Positions 1-9,092 of a stretch of DNA of 28,098 nt are shown here, in pieces. A program made the translations under genes and the position numbers. Location of the stretch: positions 1 through 28,098 of the IMG/VR virus record IMGVR_UViG_3300043580_000055; one strand, written 5' to 3'. The stretch's first letter is position 1. Each line of letters begins with the position of its first letter. A model generated the notes under the pieces. The model saw only the letters and a program-made list of their open reading frames with translations, had not been told where the DNA came from and did no database searches. Source of the stretch: a virus (Duplodnaviria; Caudoviricetes).

Positions 1-5
1 GAATC

Positions 6-1862
6 ATGAAGACCCAGACCGAACTGCTGCGCTTCTATCAGAACGAGTTGGCACGCTCGAAGAACTGGCGGACATCGAAGACCACCAACTACGACGACTC
101 GTGGAAGCGCTACATCGACCTGTACCAAGGGCGCTACCTCGATGGCAATCCGACCACCGATGCACTCGTCGTCAACATGGTGTTCGCCACGATCAACGTG
201 ATGGCCCCGGCAGTGGCGATCAACAACCCGCGCTTCGTCGTCAACGCCCGCAACCCCGAGTCCGGCTTCACCGCGATCATCACCGAAGAAGTGCTGAACT
301 GGCTGTGGCGGACCTACGACTACCAGCGTGAGTTCCGCCTGGCGATCCTCGACTGGCTGCTCGCCGGGCACGGCTGGGTGAAGTGCGGCTACAAGTGGAC
401 GAAGAAGCCAGAAGTCAAGAAGGCCGAGACCGACACGCCCGACGCCAACGATGCCGGAGACGAAGAAGGCATCGACGACCGCGAAGACCGAGAAGGCAAC
501 GTCGAATCGGAGATGCTGCAGTGGGACGAGGATCGGCCGTTCATCGAGCGCGTCAGCATCTTCGATATGTTCGTCGACCCCGATGCACGCCACCCCAAGG
601 AGATGCGTTGGATCGCCCAGCGGACGTGGCGTCCAGTGCAAGACGTCCAGGTCGACAGCCGCTACTCAGCGACGGCACGCAAGCGGGTCAGCGGCTCATC
701 GTGGTCGCGCTGGGACAACAGTGACGGCGACGGGCGCGACAGCAACGACAAGCCCCAGAACGAGGGGGCGATCCGCTTCTGCGAAGTGATCGAGTTCTAC
801 GACCTGCGGCGCTACAAGGTCTGCACGTTCACGCCCACCACCGACGACCACGACGACCCGGCGTACCTGATCAAGCCGACCAAGATGCCGTACGCGTTCG
901 GGCATCCGTTCGTGATGCTGCGCAACTACGAAGTCCCCGACCACTTCTATCCGCTCGGCGATGTCGCCCAGATCGAGTCCCTGCAACTCGAACTGAACGA
1001 GACCCGCACGCAGATGTTCAACTACCGCAAGAAGTTCCGCCGTGCTTGGGTGTATGCCAGGGATCGCTTCGATCAGGACGGCGTCGAGGCGATGCAGTCC
1101 GAGAAGGACAACGTGTTCATCCCGGTCCAGGGCGACGACGATCCGTCGACAGCGATGGCGCCGGTCCCGGCGGTCGTCACCCCGGCCGAGTTCTTCGACC
1201 AGTCGGCGATGATCAGCAACGACCTCGATCGCGTGTCCGGCGTCAGCGACTACGCGCGTGGCCAGCCACAGCAGCAGATCAGGCGCACCGCCACCGAAGC
1301 GGCGATGATCCAGGACGCCGCCAACAGCCGCGCCCAGGACCGTCTCGCCAAGGTCGAACTGGTGTTGAGCGAAATCGCCGAGCGCGTCGTCGGGCTGATG
1401 CAGCAGTACACGACCGGCGATCAGGTCGCTCGGATCGTGACGATGCCGGTCAAGGGCTGGGTCAACTTCGACAAGGATCGGATCAAGGGTGAGTTCGACT
1501 TCGAGGTTCAAGGTGGATCGACCGAGCCGCGCAACGAGACCTTCCGGCGTCAGTCGGCGCTGCAGATCGTCGATGCCTCGATGCCGTTCATGGAAGCGGG
1601 TGTCGTCAACATGCCCGCGCTCTACCAAGAACTGCTTTCCAAAGGATTCGGGATCAAGGATGCCGGTCGTTTCGTGCAGCAGCCGCCGCCTCCGACACCA
1701 CCGCCGGGCGCCGATCAGTCGTTGCAGCAACTCGGCGCGCCGCCGCCAGGCCCGCCGGAGACGCCACCCGAGATGCCACCCGAGATGATGCAAGGACCGC
1801 CGGACATGGAAATGATGCCGCCCGGTCAAGCGCCGCCGATGGAAGCGATGCCGCCCTACTGA
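6..1862 (+). CDS. Portal protein (P22/podovirus-like)
   Basis: 618 aa, directly upstream of scaffold and capsid. Motifs G.GWVKCGY, DMFVDPDA, LDRVSGVSDYARG...TATEA and FDFEVQGGS are typical of podovirus portals. Pro/Met-rich C-terminal tail. Confidence 0.85.
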   Translation: MKTQTELLRFYQNELARSKNWRTSKTTNYDDSWKRYIDLYQGRYLDGNPTTDALVVNMVFATINVMAPAVAINNPRFVVNARNPESGFTAIITEEVLNWLWRTYDYQREFRLAILDWLLAGHGWVKCGYKWTKKPEVKKAETDTPDANDAGDEEGIDDREDREGNVESEMLQWDEDRPFIERVSIFDMFVDPDARHPKEMRWIAQRTWRPVQDVQVDSRYSATARKRVSGSSWSRWDNSDGDGRDSNDKPQNEGAIRFCEVIEFYDLRRYKVCTFTPTTDDHDDPAYLIKPTKMPYAFGHPFVMLRNYEVPDHFYPLGDVAQIESLQLELNETRTQMFNYRKKFRRAWVYARDRFDQDGVEAMQSEKDNVFIPVQGDDDPSTAMAPVPAVVTPAEFFDQSAMISNDLDRVSGVSDYARGQPQQQIRRTATEAAMIQDAANSRAQDRLAKVELVLSEIAERVVGLMQQYTTGDQVARIVTMPVKGWVNFDKDRIKGEFDFEVQGGSTEPRNETFRRQSALQIVDASMPFMEAGVVNMPALYQELLSKGFGIKDAGRFVQQPPPPTPPPGADQSLQQLGAPPPGPPETPPEMPPEMMQGPPDMEMMPPGQAPPMEAMPPY

Positions 1863-1910
1863 CCTGGGCTATGATCCGGCCTCACCACGAACAAATCCAA
1901 AGGGGCACTC

Positions 1911-2774
1911 GTGAGTGATGCACCAGCCTCATCTGAGGCTCCGGTCGAGAGCGGTCCCGCGCCAAGCGGACAAGCCGAGATTTCGCCGGAACAGTCCGAA
2001 GCACCGCAAGCGCCAGCGGAGCCCGAATATCTCGACATCGACGACGCGACTGCCAATAGGCACGTCAAGGTCAAGGTCGATGGTGAGGAAATATCGGTCC
2101 CACTGTCCGAAGCGCTACAGGGATATCAACGCCAGGCGGCGTTCACACGCCACAGCCAACAACTGGCGGAGCAACGCAGAGAAGCGGAAGACGCACTGCG
2201 ACTCCACCAGGCAATGCAACAGAATCCTGGGTTGACGATTCAAGTTCTCGCCTCACGGGCGGGGATGACGATCGAGCAATATCTCGGTCTCACACCACAG
2301 CAACAGGCAGCCGCCCAAGCTGAGGCAGAGCCCGAATACGACGATCCCTTGGAACGCGAAATCGCCGTTGAACGCCAGGCACGCCTGGCGCTCGAACAGC
2401 GAATCGCCCAGCGCGAAGCTGATGATCAGTTGCGTGGTGCGGTATCAGGGCTGCAGCAGCAGTACGGATTGAACGACGATCAGATCAGGGCGGTCGTGGG
2501 CCAGACCATGCAAATGGGGCTGGGGATCGAGATGCTCCCGGTGGTGTACCAGGCGATGGCTTTCCAAGCCCAGCAGACAGCGCAGCAGGAACATGCCGCG
2601 CAGCAGCAGGCGACAGAAGCACAGCGTCAAGAGGCAGCGGCGCAAGCGGCTGCGGTGGTCGGCAACGGAACTGGTGTGAACGGCGGCTCGCCGACTCCTG
2701 CCAATCCGTCGTACTCGTCCTACCGAGAAGCGATCGAAGCGGCTTTCAACGAAGTGGAGTCGCGACACCGCTGA
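1911..2774 (+). CDS. Capsid scaffolding protein
   Basis: Between portal and capsid. Acidic/Pro-rich N-terminus, VKVKVDGEEISVPLSEALQGYQRQAAFTR motif common in podovirus scaffolds, Gln/Ala helical body. GTG start after AAAGGGG. Confidence 0.75.
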   Translation: MSDAPASSEAPVESGPAPSGQAEISPEQSEAPQAPAEPEYLDIDDATANRHVKVKVDGEEISVPLSEALQGYQRQAAFTRHSQQLAEQRREAEDALRLHQAMQQNPGLTIQVLASRAGMTIEQYLGLTPQQQAAAQAEAEPEYDDPLEREIAVERQARLALEQRIAQREADDQLRGAVSGLQQQYGLNDDQIRAVVGQTMQMGLGIEMLPVVYQAMAFQAQQTAQQEHAAQQQATEAQRQEAAAQAAAVVGNGTGVNGGSPTPANPSYSSYREAIEAAFNEVESRHR

Positions 2775-2801
2775 TCGGCCTGACCCGAAAGGGCACCACC
2801 G

Positions 2802-3824
2802 ATGGCTCTCGCCACACACGTTCCGGCAACCTGGGACGAACTCCTGACCTCGACCATGCACAACGTGCGTGGCACCTACACCGACAACATCTTCAAGAAG
2901 AATCCGCTGCTCGAACACCTGCTCTCCAACGGGCGGGTGCGGATCGCGGATGGCGGCTACGAAATCATCGAGCCGTTGCTCTACGCCGAAGGCCAGGCCG
3001 ACACCTACGGCGAATGGGACATCATCCAGGTCAAGCCTGCGAATGCCCTCACCGCTGCCCGCTTCCCGTGGAAGCAGTGGTTCTCGACGATCATCATCTC
3101 CGGTCTCGACGAGGCACAGAACTCCGGCAAGGAGCAGCGCATCAACCTGCTCGAAGCCAAGATCAAGCAGTCCGAGATGACGATGCGGTTGAAGATGGCG
3201 CGGATGCTGTACGGCACCTACGCCTCGGCTCCCCCCGCCAACGACGGGAACTCGCTCGACACGCTGATCGACAGCACCACGCCGGTGGGTGGGATCGACC
3301 CCGCCACTGAGACGTGGTGGAAGTCGTACGAGGCGGCGGTCGGCGCCGTCGACGCGGCCGGTCTCGAAGCGGCGATGCGCACGGCGGTGATGGCGACGTC
3401 GGACAGCGGTGGCGATCAGGTCGATGCGATCTTCACCGATCCCGCGACCTACAGCTTCTTCGAGTCGACGCTGACCCCGCAGGTTCGCTACACCGACACC
3501 GACAAGGCCAACCTCGGATTCCGCAACCTGCTGTTCGAGAACGTCCCGATCATGTGGGATGCCGAGTGCCCGGTGGGGACGATGTACGGGATCAACTCCG
3601 AGTATGTCGGGCTCGTCATCCACAAGGACCGCAACTTCACGCAGTCGCCGTTCACCGACAACCTCTCGGGTTCGGTGCGCGGTGTCTCCGGTGGCGGCGC
3701 TGCTGGCGTCGCCACCGCCGAGGCGATCGACGCTCGCGTGTCGTTCATCACCACCTACGGCAACGCCACGATCCGCAACCGGCGTCGCAACTTCAAGTTG
3801 ACCGGCATCGCCAAGGCGCCCTGA
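2802..3824 (+). CDS. Major capsid protein
   Basis: 340 aa after the scaffold, RBS GAAAGGG, strongly biased codons, followed by a strong hairpin. Motifs TDNIFKKNPLL, GG.EIIEPLLY, GGIDPATETWW and LGFRNLLF resemble podovirus HK97-fold capsids. Confidence 0.85.
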   Translation: MALATHVPATWDELLTSTMHNVRGTYTDNIFKKNPLLEHLLSNGRVRIADGGYEIIEPLLYAEGQADTYGEWDIIQVKPANALTAARFPWKQWFSTIIISGLDEAQNSGKEQRINLLEAKIKQSEMTMRLKMARMLYGTYASAPPANDGNSLDTLIDSTTPVGGIDPATETWWKSYEAAVGAVDAAGLEAAMRTAVMATSDSGGDQVDAIFTDPATYSFFESTLTPQVRYTDTDKANLGFRNLLFENVPIMWDAECPVGTMYGINSEYVGLVIHKDRNFTQSPFTDNLSGSVRGVSGGGAAGVATAEAIDARVSFITTYGNATIRNRRRNFKLTGIAKAP

Positions 3825-3826
3825 CC

Positions 3827-3866
3827 TGTTGGCCCCGGCTCGTCCCAACTCGGGCCGGGGCTGACA
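3827..3866 (+). terminator. Stem-loop after the capsid gene (terminator without U-tract, or mRNA stabiliser)
   Basis: TGTTGGCCCCGGCTCG-tcccaact-CGGGCCGGGGCTGACA: 16-bp stem with 3 G-U pairs that form only in + strand RNA, 2 nt after the stop. Confidence 0.7.
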
Positions 3867-3883
3867 CCTGAGAGGATGCTGGG

Positions 3884-4189
3884 ATGCCGAAACCAAACAA
3901 CCCGTACCGCCGCCCGCCCGACGCCACCAAGGAATCGGCGCAGCAGGTCAACGCCTACTACGGCACGCCTGCCACGGACAAGGCGATCAACCATGCGGCC
4001 GGGGGACGCAACGTCGCCCCAGCATCTCGCTTTCAGGCGGTCGGCTTCTCCAACGCGCCGACGACACCAACTCCTGACGCGACTTCACCAAGTGAGGTCA
4101 AGCCGAAGACCCGCAAGACCAAGATCGGACCCACTCAGCCGGTGAGTGAACCCACCGCCGTCACCGAGGAAGACCTGTTCGAGTGGTAA
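3884..4189 (+). CDS. Hypothetical protein (head module)
   Basis: 101 aa, RBS GAGAGGA, fills the gap between capsid and adaptor and overlaps the next start. Confidence 0.7.
   Translation: MPKPNNPYRRPPDATKESAQQVNAYYGTPATDKAINHAAGGRNVAPASRFQAVGFSNAPTTPTPDATSPSEVKPKTRKTKIGPTQPVSEPTAVTEEDLFEW
4131..4149. promoter_or_regulatory. Palindrome copy 1 (CCACTCA-GCCGG-TGAGTGA)
   Basis: Same arms and 5-nt spacer as four other copies; about 34 nt upstream of the adaptor start, inside a CDS. Confidence 0.45.
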
Positions 4190-4875
4190 CCGTCAACGAA
4201 CTGCGCTCGGTCGTTCGCACCCAGACCCAGACCGATGCCAACGATCTGCCCGACGCCACGATCGACGTCTATCTGCAGCAGGCATACGAACGCACGCTCA
4301 ACGCCGAGTCGCGCTGGCCGTTCTTCGCCACTAGTTGGGCGGTCACCCAACTGGCCAACGAAGCCTGGATCGACCTGCCCGGCAACGTTGACCCGGCGGG
4401 GATCATGGCGCTCACCGATGACATCCACGGCTACCGCTTGGAGATAGTGCCCCAGGTCTGGGCCGAAGATGTGTTCCGTGGCAACAACGCCGGGACGACG
4501 TCGTCGGTGATGTACTCGGTCTGGGGCGACCGCATCTACCTGTGGCCTGTCGTCGGCCACGACGTCGACCGGGCGTTCACGCTGCGCGGCTATCGCAGGC
4601 CGCTGGCATGGATCGACGTTGCCACCGAGAGCCCCGACTGCGACCCGCGCCTGCACCTACCGCTGACACAGTTCGCGGTAGCGCTCGCCTACGCCCAGCA
4701 GGAAGACGAAGTGTTGGAGGCGACGTACATGCAGCGTTGGCTAGACGACGTGGAGTTGGCACATGCCAACATCATGAAGCCGGTCCACCATCGGCCGCTG
4801 GTCGGCGCTGGCTCGATCAGCGGCCACATCCGCCCGTCGATGGGTTGGCAGATCGTGACCCCGGCCGGACCATGA
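4183..4875 (+). CDS. Head-to-tail adaptor / tail tubular protein A-like
   Basis: 230 aa. N-terminal TVNELRSVVR...IDVYLQQAYERT...RWPF and YSVWGDRIYLWP patterns, plus position before the nozzle gene. Confidence 0.65.
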   Translation: MVTVNELRSVVRTQTQTDANDLPDATIDVYLQQAYERTLNAESRWPFFATSWAVTQLANEAWIDLPGNVDPAGIMALTDDIHGYRLEIVPQVWAEDVFRGNNAGTTSSVMYSVWGDRIYLWPVVGHDVDRAFTLRGYRRPLAWIDVATESPDCDPRLHLPLTQFAVALAYAQQEDEVLEATYMQRWLDDVELAHANIMKPVHHRPLVGAGSISGHIRPSMGWQIVTPAGP

Positions 4876-6557
4876 GCCGTCTGCAGCCGCTCAACCTGAC
4901 CGACTTCACCGGCGGCATCAACACCGCTCGCTCCGATTTCCAGCTGGCCGACAACGAATCACCGGCGATCCTCAACATGGAAATCGACCCGCGGGTCGGG
5001 TTCTTCACCCGTCCCGGTTGGTCGCGTTGGAACCCGTCCGACATCGTCGCCACTCCGGTCACCAACTGGCGTCCCCGCAACGCACAGCTACACCTGTACT
5101 CGAACGGGACGTTCTCGGTGTTCGTCACCAACGCCAACAAGGTCTGGGCGGCAGGCCCCAACCAACCCTTCACCGACCTCGGCCTGGTGTGCGGTGCCGT
5201 CCCCCATCTCGCCGATCCCGCGGCATGGGGCAACACCGTGTATCTCGCCTGCGGTCGACAGAACCCGTCGTGGAAGGTGACCAACCAACCGGCGGCAGGC
5301 AACAAGGGTGCGGCGTTGGCGGTGGCGGCAGCCGCCAACTGGAACAACAACTACACGACGCCGGTGCGTGGCGTGATGCCGCGTGCCGAGCATCTCGAAC
5401 CGCACGCCGGGTACGTCTTCGCCGCCAACACCCAAGAGGATGGGACGATCTATCCCAACCGGCTGCGCTGGTCGCATACCGACGAGCCCGAGGATTGGGC
5501 TGCCAACGACTACATCGACATCGAGCAAGGCGGCGGTGCGATCACCGCGATCCGCTCCTACAACGACCACTTGCTGATCTTCAAGATCGACTCGACGTGG
5601 GCGCTGTTCGGCTACGACGCCGAGTCGTGGCAGTTGATCAAGGTCGCAGCCTCGGTGGGAACACCGAGCCCGTCGTGCGTGACTCGCTCCAACGACACCG
5701 TGTACTTCTTCTCGTCGTCGGGGCGCAACGCGATCTACGCCTATGGCGGTCAGGCCCCGGTCGATATCTCCGACAAGCTGCGCCTGGCGCTCGATCGACT
5801 CGACAACGGGATCGACATCTGGATGTCTTGGCTCGGTCGTCGGCTGTGGGTCTCGTTGCCGTGGGACCAAACCAAGTACAGCGACTCGCACGGTTCGATG
5901 CTGGTGTTCGATCCCGCACTCAACGCCTGGATATGTCACCGCCCGGCGGTTGGCACGATTGCCTGCACCGTCGAGTACTCCGACGTCGGCACCGAGTTCC
6001 CGCTCGTCGTGACGTGTGGCTGCACCGGCGTCGCCGGGGTGCTCAGCGTCGACATCCAGCCCACCGTCGCCGGTGACGTGATGGTGCAAGGCCAGCCGCC
6101 GGTCGGCTTCCGCTGCGGCTATCGCACCAGTTGGCAGCACTACGGCTGGCCGGAGCTACGCAAGTCGTTCCTGCGTCCGCGGGTGATCGCGCGCGTTCCA
6201 CCGGAGCCGACCGACATCCGGATGTCGACGTTCTGGAACTACGACGGCACCAACGAGCGACGTTCACACATCATCACCCTGACCACGTCGGGCGGTGTCT
6301 TCTGGCGTGCCGGTGGCGCCGCCGATCCGAAAGGCGCTGGCTTCAACTGGGACGACGGCACGAAGTGGACCTCGGGCATCCGTCAAGGTGACGTGCTGAC
6401 GCGGCCCAAGACTGCCAACCCGGCGACGCGCGGTACATCGTTGGGATGGGCACGCGCCGTGCAGTTGGAGTTCACCGCCGATGACTACACCAAGGCGCAG
6501 GCTTGGGGTGTTGACGCCATCGTCCTCAAAGCCAACCTGCGGAGGTTTACGACATGA
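4872..6557 (+). CDS. Tail nozzle / stabilisation protein (P22 gp10 or T7 gp12-like)
   Basis: ATG at 4872 overlaps the upstream stop (ATGA). Begins LTDFTGGINT...LADNESPAILNM; NRLRWSH...PEDW and GGAITAI...LLIFK are beta-propeller-like motifs; 561 aa. Confidence 0.7.
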   Translation: MSRLQPLNLTDFTGGINTARSDFQLADNESPAILNMEIDPRVGFFTRPGWSRWNPSDIVATPVTNWRPRNAQLHLYSNGTFSVFVTNANKVWAAGPNQPFTDLGLVCGAVPHLADPAAWGNTVYLACGRQNPSWKVTNQPAAGNKGAALAVAAAANWNNNYTTPVRGVMPRAEHLEPHAGYVFAANTQEDGTIYPNRLRWSHTDEPEDWAANDYIDIEQGGGAITAIRSYNDHLLIFKIDSTWALFGYDAESWQLIKVAASVGTPSPSCVTRSNDTVYFFSSSGRNAIYAYGGQAPVDISDKLRLALDRLDNGIDIWMSWLGRRLWVSLPWDQTKYSDSHGSMLVFDPALNAWICHRPAVGTIACTVEYSDVGTEFPLVVTCGCTGVAGVLSVDIQPTVAGDVMVQGQPPVGFRCGYRTSWQHYGWPELRKSFLRPRVIARVPPEPTDIRMSTFWNYDGTNERRSHIITLTTSGGVFWRAGGAADPKGAGFNWDDGTKWTSGIRQGDVLTRPKTANPATRGTSLGWARAVQLEFTADDYTKAQAWGVDAIVLKANLRRFTT

Positions 6558-7504
6558 CCGCCATGAACCCACTGCGGAACATCCTCAACGACACTCCGGC
6601 GACGGCGATCGACGTCGACTGGAACTTCCAGTCGCTGGAGGATTACGTCGCCACTGACGTCATCAAGCGCGACGGCTCGACGGCGATGGAAGCGCCGCTC
6701 AACCTGCTCGGCTCGCCACCGGCGCTGCCCGCTCACGCGACACCCAAGAGCTACGTCGACGCATTGCTGCCGGTGGGAATGATGATGGCGTTCGGCGGTC
6801 CCGTGGCGCCGAGTGGCTGGGCGCTGTGCGACGGTTCAGCGAAGTCGACGACCGACCCCGCCTACGTCGCGTTGTTCACCACCATCGGCTACGCCTTCGG
6901 TGGTTCCGGCGGCACCTTCAACCTGCCCGACACGCGCGGCAAGACGGTGGTTGGGCGTTCTGCTGGTGACGCACTGTTCGGCAACGTGGGGTCGACGGGC
7001 GGTAGTCGTGATGCGACGCTGCCGACCCACTCGCACGTCGTCAACAATCACAATCACACTGGCGCGACGACGGCGACCGACATCAACCACCTGCACGATC
7101 TGCAGAACCACCAGCACTACGTCCAGCACAGCCACGACAGCAACGTGCGGAACGGTTACAACCTCACCCTTGCCAACATCCCTGCTGGGCAGGGTGTCGG
7201 TGGTGCCTGGTCGCGAACCAATGCGCTCTGGCAGGTGGGCGGCGCCCCGTTGGAGTTCTCGTTGCGCGAGACCGCCGTAACCAATGACACGCTGCCGGGT
7301 GGCGGTCACCAGCAGACCACGAACGCCAACCGTGACAACACCGATGGTCCCAACATCAACAACACCGGCTGGGCGGATCGCAGTATCTCCCATATCCACG
7401 GTGTCTATGGCGAAGCGCCAGGCACCAACAATGCGGGCGTCGCCGCCACCAACGGCAACATCCAGCCCTTCGTCGTCGTCAACCACATCATCAGGATCGG
7501 CTGA
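6554..7504 (+). CDS. Tail fibre protein with tail-collar domain
   Basis: PVGMMMAFGG..APSGWALCDG...YVALFTTIGYAFGG..GTFNLPDTRG matches the phage tail collar pattern. Six HxH motifs; ends NIQPFVVVNHIIRIG. Confidence 0.85.
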   Translation: MTAMNPLRNILNDTPATAIDVDWNFQSLEDYVATDVIKRDGSTAMEAPLNLLGSPPALPAHATPKSYVDALLPVGMMMAFGGPVAPSGWALCDGSAKSTTDPAYVALFTTIGYAFGGSGGTFNLPDTRGKTVVGRSAGDALFGNVGSTGGSRDATLPTHSHVVNNHNHTGATTATDINHLHDLQNHQHYVQHSHDSNVRNGYNLTLANIPAGQGVGGAWSRTNALWQVGGAPLEFSLRETAVTNDTLPGGGHQQTTNANRDNTDGPNINNTGWADRSISHIHGVYGEAPGTNNAGVAATNGNIQPFVVVNHIIRIG

Positions 7505-7956
7505 TGGCCACGTTCAGTCCGTACAACGCTGGGAACTACGAGCGCCAGAAGTCCGGCGTCGAATACGAGTACGGCAATCAGATGGCGACCAACGCCTACG
7601 GTCGCTTCCTCGGCCAGCAGCGCGGACAGCGGGCGCTGGGCGATATGTCGCAGCAGTTCGGACGGACGTACCCGCACTACCGGGCGCAGTTCGGACAACG
7701 TGGTCTGGCTGGGCCCGGTATCAACTCGGGTGTGCAGCGCCAGGCGATGACCAACTACCTCGGCGACTACGCCCAGCAGTACGGCCGGACTCAGCAAGAC
7801 TTGACGCAGGAGCAACAGCAGTTCGATCTGAACGAGCAGCGCCTCGGTGCCTTCCGTCAGCAATCATTGGCTGACATCGAGGCCGAGAAGGCGCAGCAGA
7901 TCGCCAACGACGCACAAGCGTTGGAGTATCTGCGACAACTGGTAGGAGGCATCTGA
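7504..7956 (+). CDS. Putative internal virion protein (Gln-rich)
   Basis: 150 aa, TGATG coupling on both sides, Gln/Gly-rich helical composition, located after the fibre. Confidence 0.55.
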   Translation: MATFSPYNAGNYERQKSGVEYEYGNQMATNAYGRFLGQQRGQRALGDMSQQFGRTYPHYRAQFGQRGLAGPGINSGVQRQAMTNYLGDYAQQYGRTQQDLTQEQQQFDLNEQRLGAFRQQSLADIEAEKAQQIANDAQALEYLRQLVGGI

Positions 7957-9092
7957 TGGCCGGATGGGGCGTCCCCAAGAGTCCGTGGAAGAAGAAGCCA
8001 CCGGTCGTCACCACGCCGTACGCCAACGCCAATGCCAACCGCAACCGCGTGTTGACGTCGACCGGTAAGAACCCGAATGCTTCGGCCGTCGCCTCGGCCG
8101 GTGGTCAGCAGTACACGTCGATGTTGCGCCAAGGCATCGCCAATCAGGCGCGCCAGCCGGGCGGCGGCTCGACGTGGTGGACCCAGAGCCTGACACCCGC
8201 TCAGCTATCGCAACTGACGCTCGATCCAGGCGCCTTCAAGGAAGCCAACACCGCCTTCAACTACATGGGCACGGCACCGGGGACGCTGCCGACGATGCCT
8301 GGCCTCGGCGGCTCTGGCGGCGGTGGTGGTGGCGGTGGTGGCGGCGGTGGCTCGGCGGGGATGACGCAGGAGATGTTCGACTACCTATCGAGCATCATCG
8401 GCAAGGGCAAGCCGCAGGCATTGACCGCCGAGAACCTGGACCTGGCGGACCCCAGCCAGTACATGAAATGGGACCCGTCGCAGTACAACGTTGCCCGCCA
8501 GGGCGTGACGTCCGGCATCGAGGGCATCCGCACCCGCGGCAACACCGCTTTCGACCAGGCTCAGGGCGAACTCAGCCGCTATGCCAACCCGTTCGAGGGT
8601 GGTTTGCAGACCCGGAACCCCGATCTGCAGGCGGCAATGCAGCGGATGATGCAAGCCAACAATGTCGCACCCGGACAGGTCGGTGCCACCAACGAAGAAG
8701 GCGTGCAGGCCGACCGGGCGATGGCGAACACGCTGGCGTTGCTGGCCGGGACCGACCAGGCGCGCTCGGCGAGCAACCTGCGGGCGCTGGCGGGCGACCG
8801 CACGACGTTCGATCAGAACCTCGGCCTCGAAGGCAACATGCTCAACCTCGGCGTCAACATGAGCGAGGCCCGCGGCAAGACAGCGTTCGACCAGGCGCTG
8901 CAACAGGCAATGATGGAGGCGGCGAACCAGGAAGCGATGCAGAACTGGACGCGTCGTAACCAGGTGGCTGACACCAATGTCGGCGCCCAGAACCAGTGGA
9001 ACCAGGACATCTTGAACACGTACTTGCAGTTGGTCGGTGGCACGGCGCCAGGCACGACGTTGCCCGCCGCCGGAACGGTGCCGTGGGCATGA
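7956..9092 (+). CDS. Putative internal virion/ejection protein with poly-Gly linker
   Basis: 378 aa, RBS AGGAGG, Ala/Gln/Asn/Gly-rich, run of 12 Gly. Confidence 0.55.
   Translation: MAGWGVPKSPWKKKPPVVTTPYANANANRNRVLTSTGKNPNASAVASAGGQQYTSMLRQGIANQARQPGGGSTWWTQSLTPAQLSQLTLDPGAFKEANTAFNYMGTAPGTLPTMPGLGGSGGGGGGGGGGGGSAGMTQEMFDYLSSIIGKGKPQALTAENLDLADPSQYMKWDPSQYNVARQGVTSGIEGIRTRGNTAFDQAQGELSRYANPFEGGLQTRNPDLQAAMQRMMQANNVAPGQVGATNEEGVQADRAMANTLALLAGTDQARSASNLRALAGDRTTFDQNLGLEGNMLNLGVNMSEARGKTAFDQALQQAMMEAANQEAMQNWTRRNQVADTNVGAQNQWNQDILNTYLQLVGGTAPGTTLPAAGTVPWA

Noticed and set aside
1906-1917. CACTCGTGAGTG at the scaffold start as a sixth palindrome copy
   Set aside because: Lacks the 5-nt spacer and one arm base; partly explained by the GTG start.
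3816-3872. Capsid ends CCC-TGA before a hairpin, resembling a +1 shifty-stop extension
   Set aside because: The +1 frame stops after about 14 codons and the -1 frame at 3871; read-through enters only an Arg/Pro-rich shadow ORF. No plausible extended capsid.
4542-4871. Long N-terminal extensions in the ORF track (also 8996, 21541, 23371, 26590 and others)
   Set aside because: They overlap upstream genes or structured leaders; downstream starts have RBSs or 4-nt stop/start coupling.
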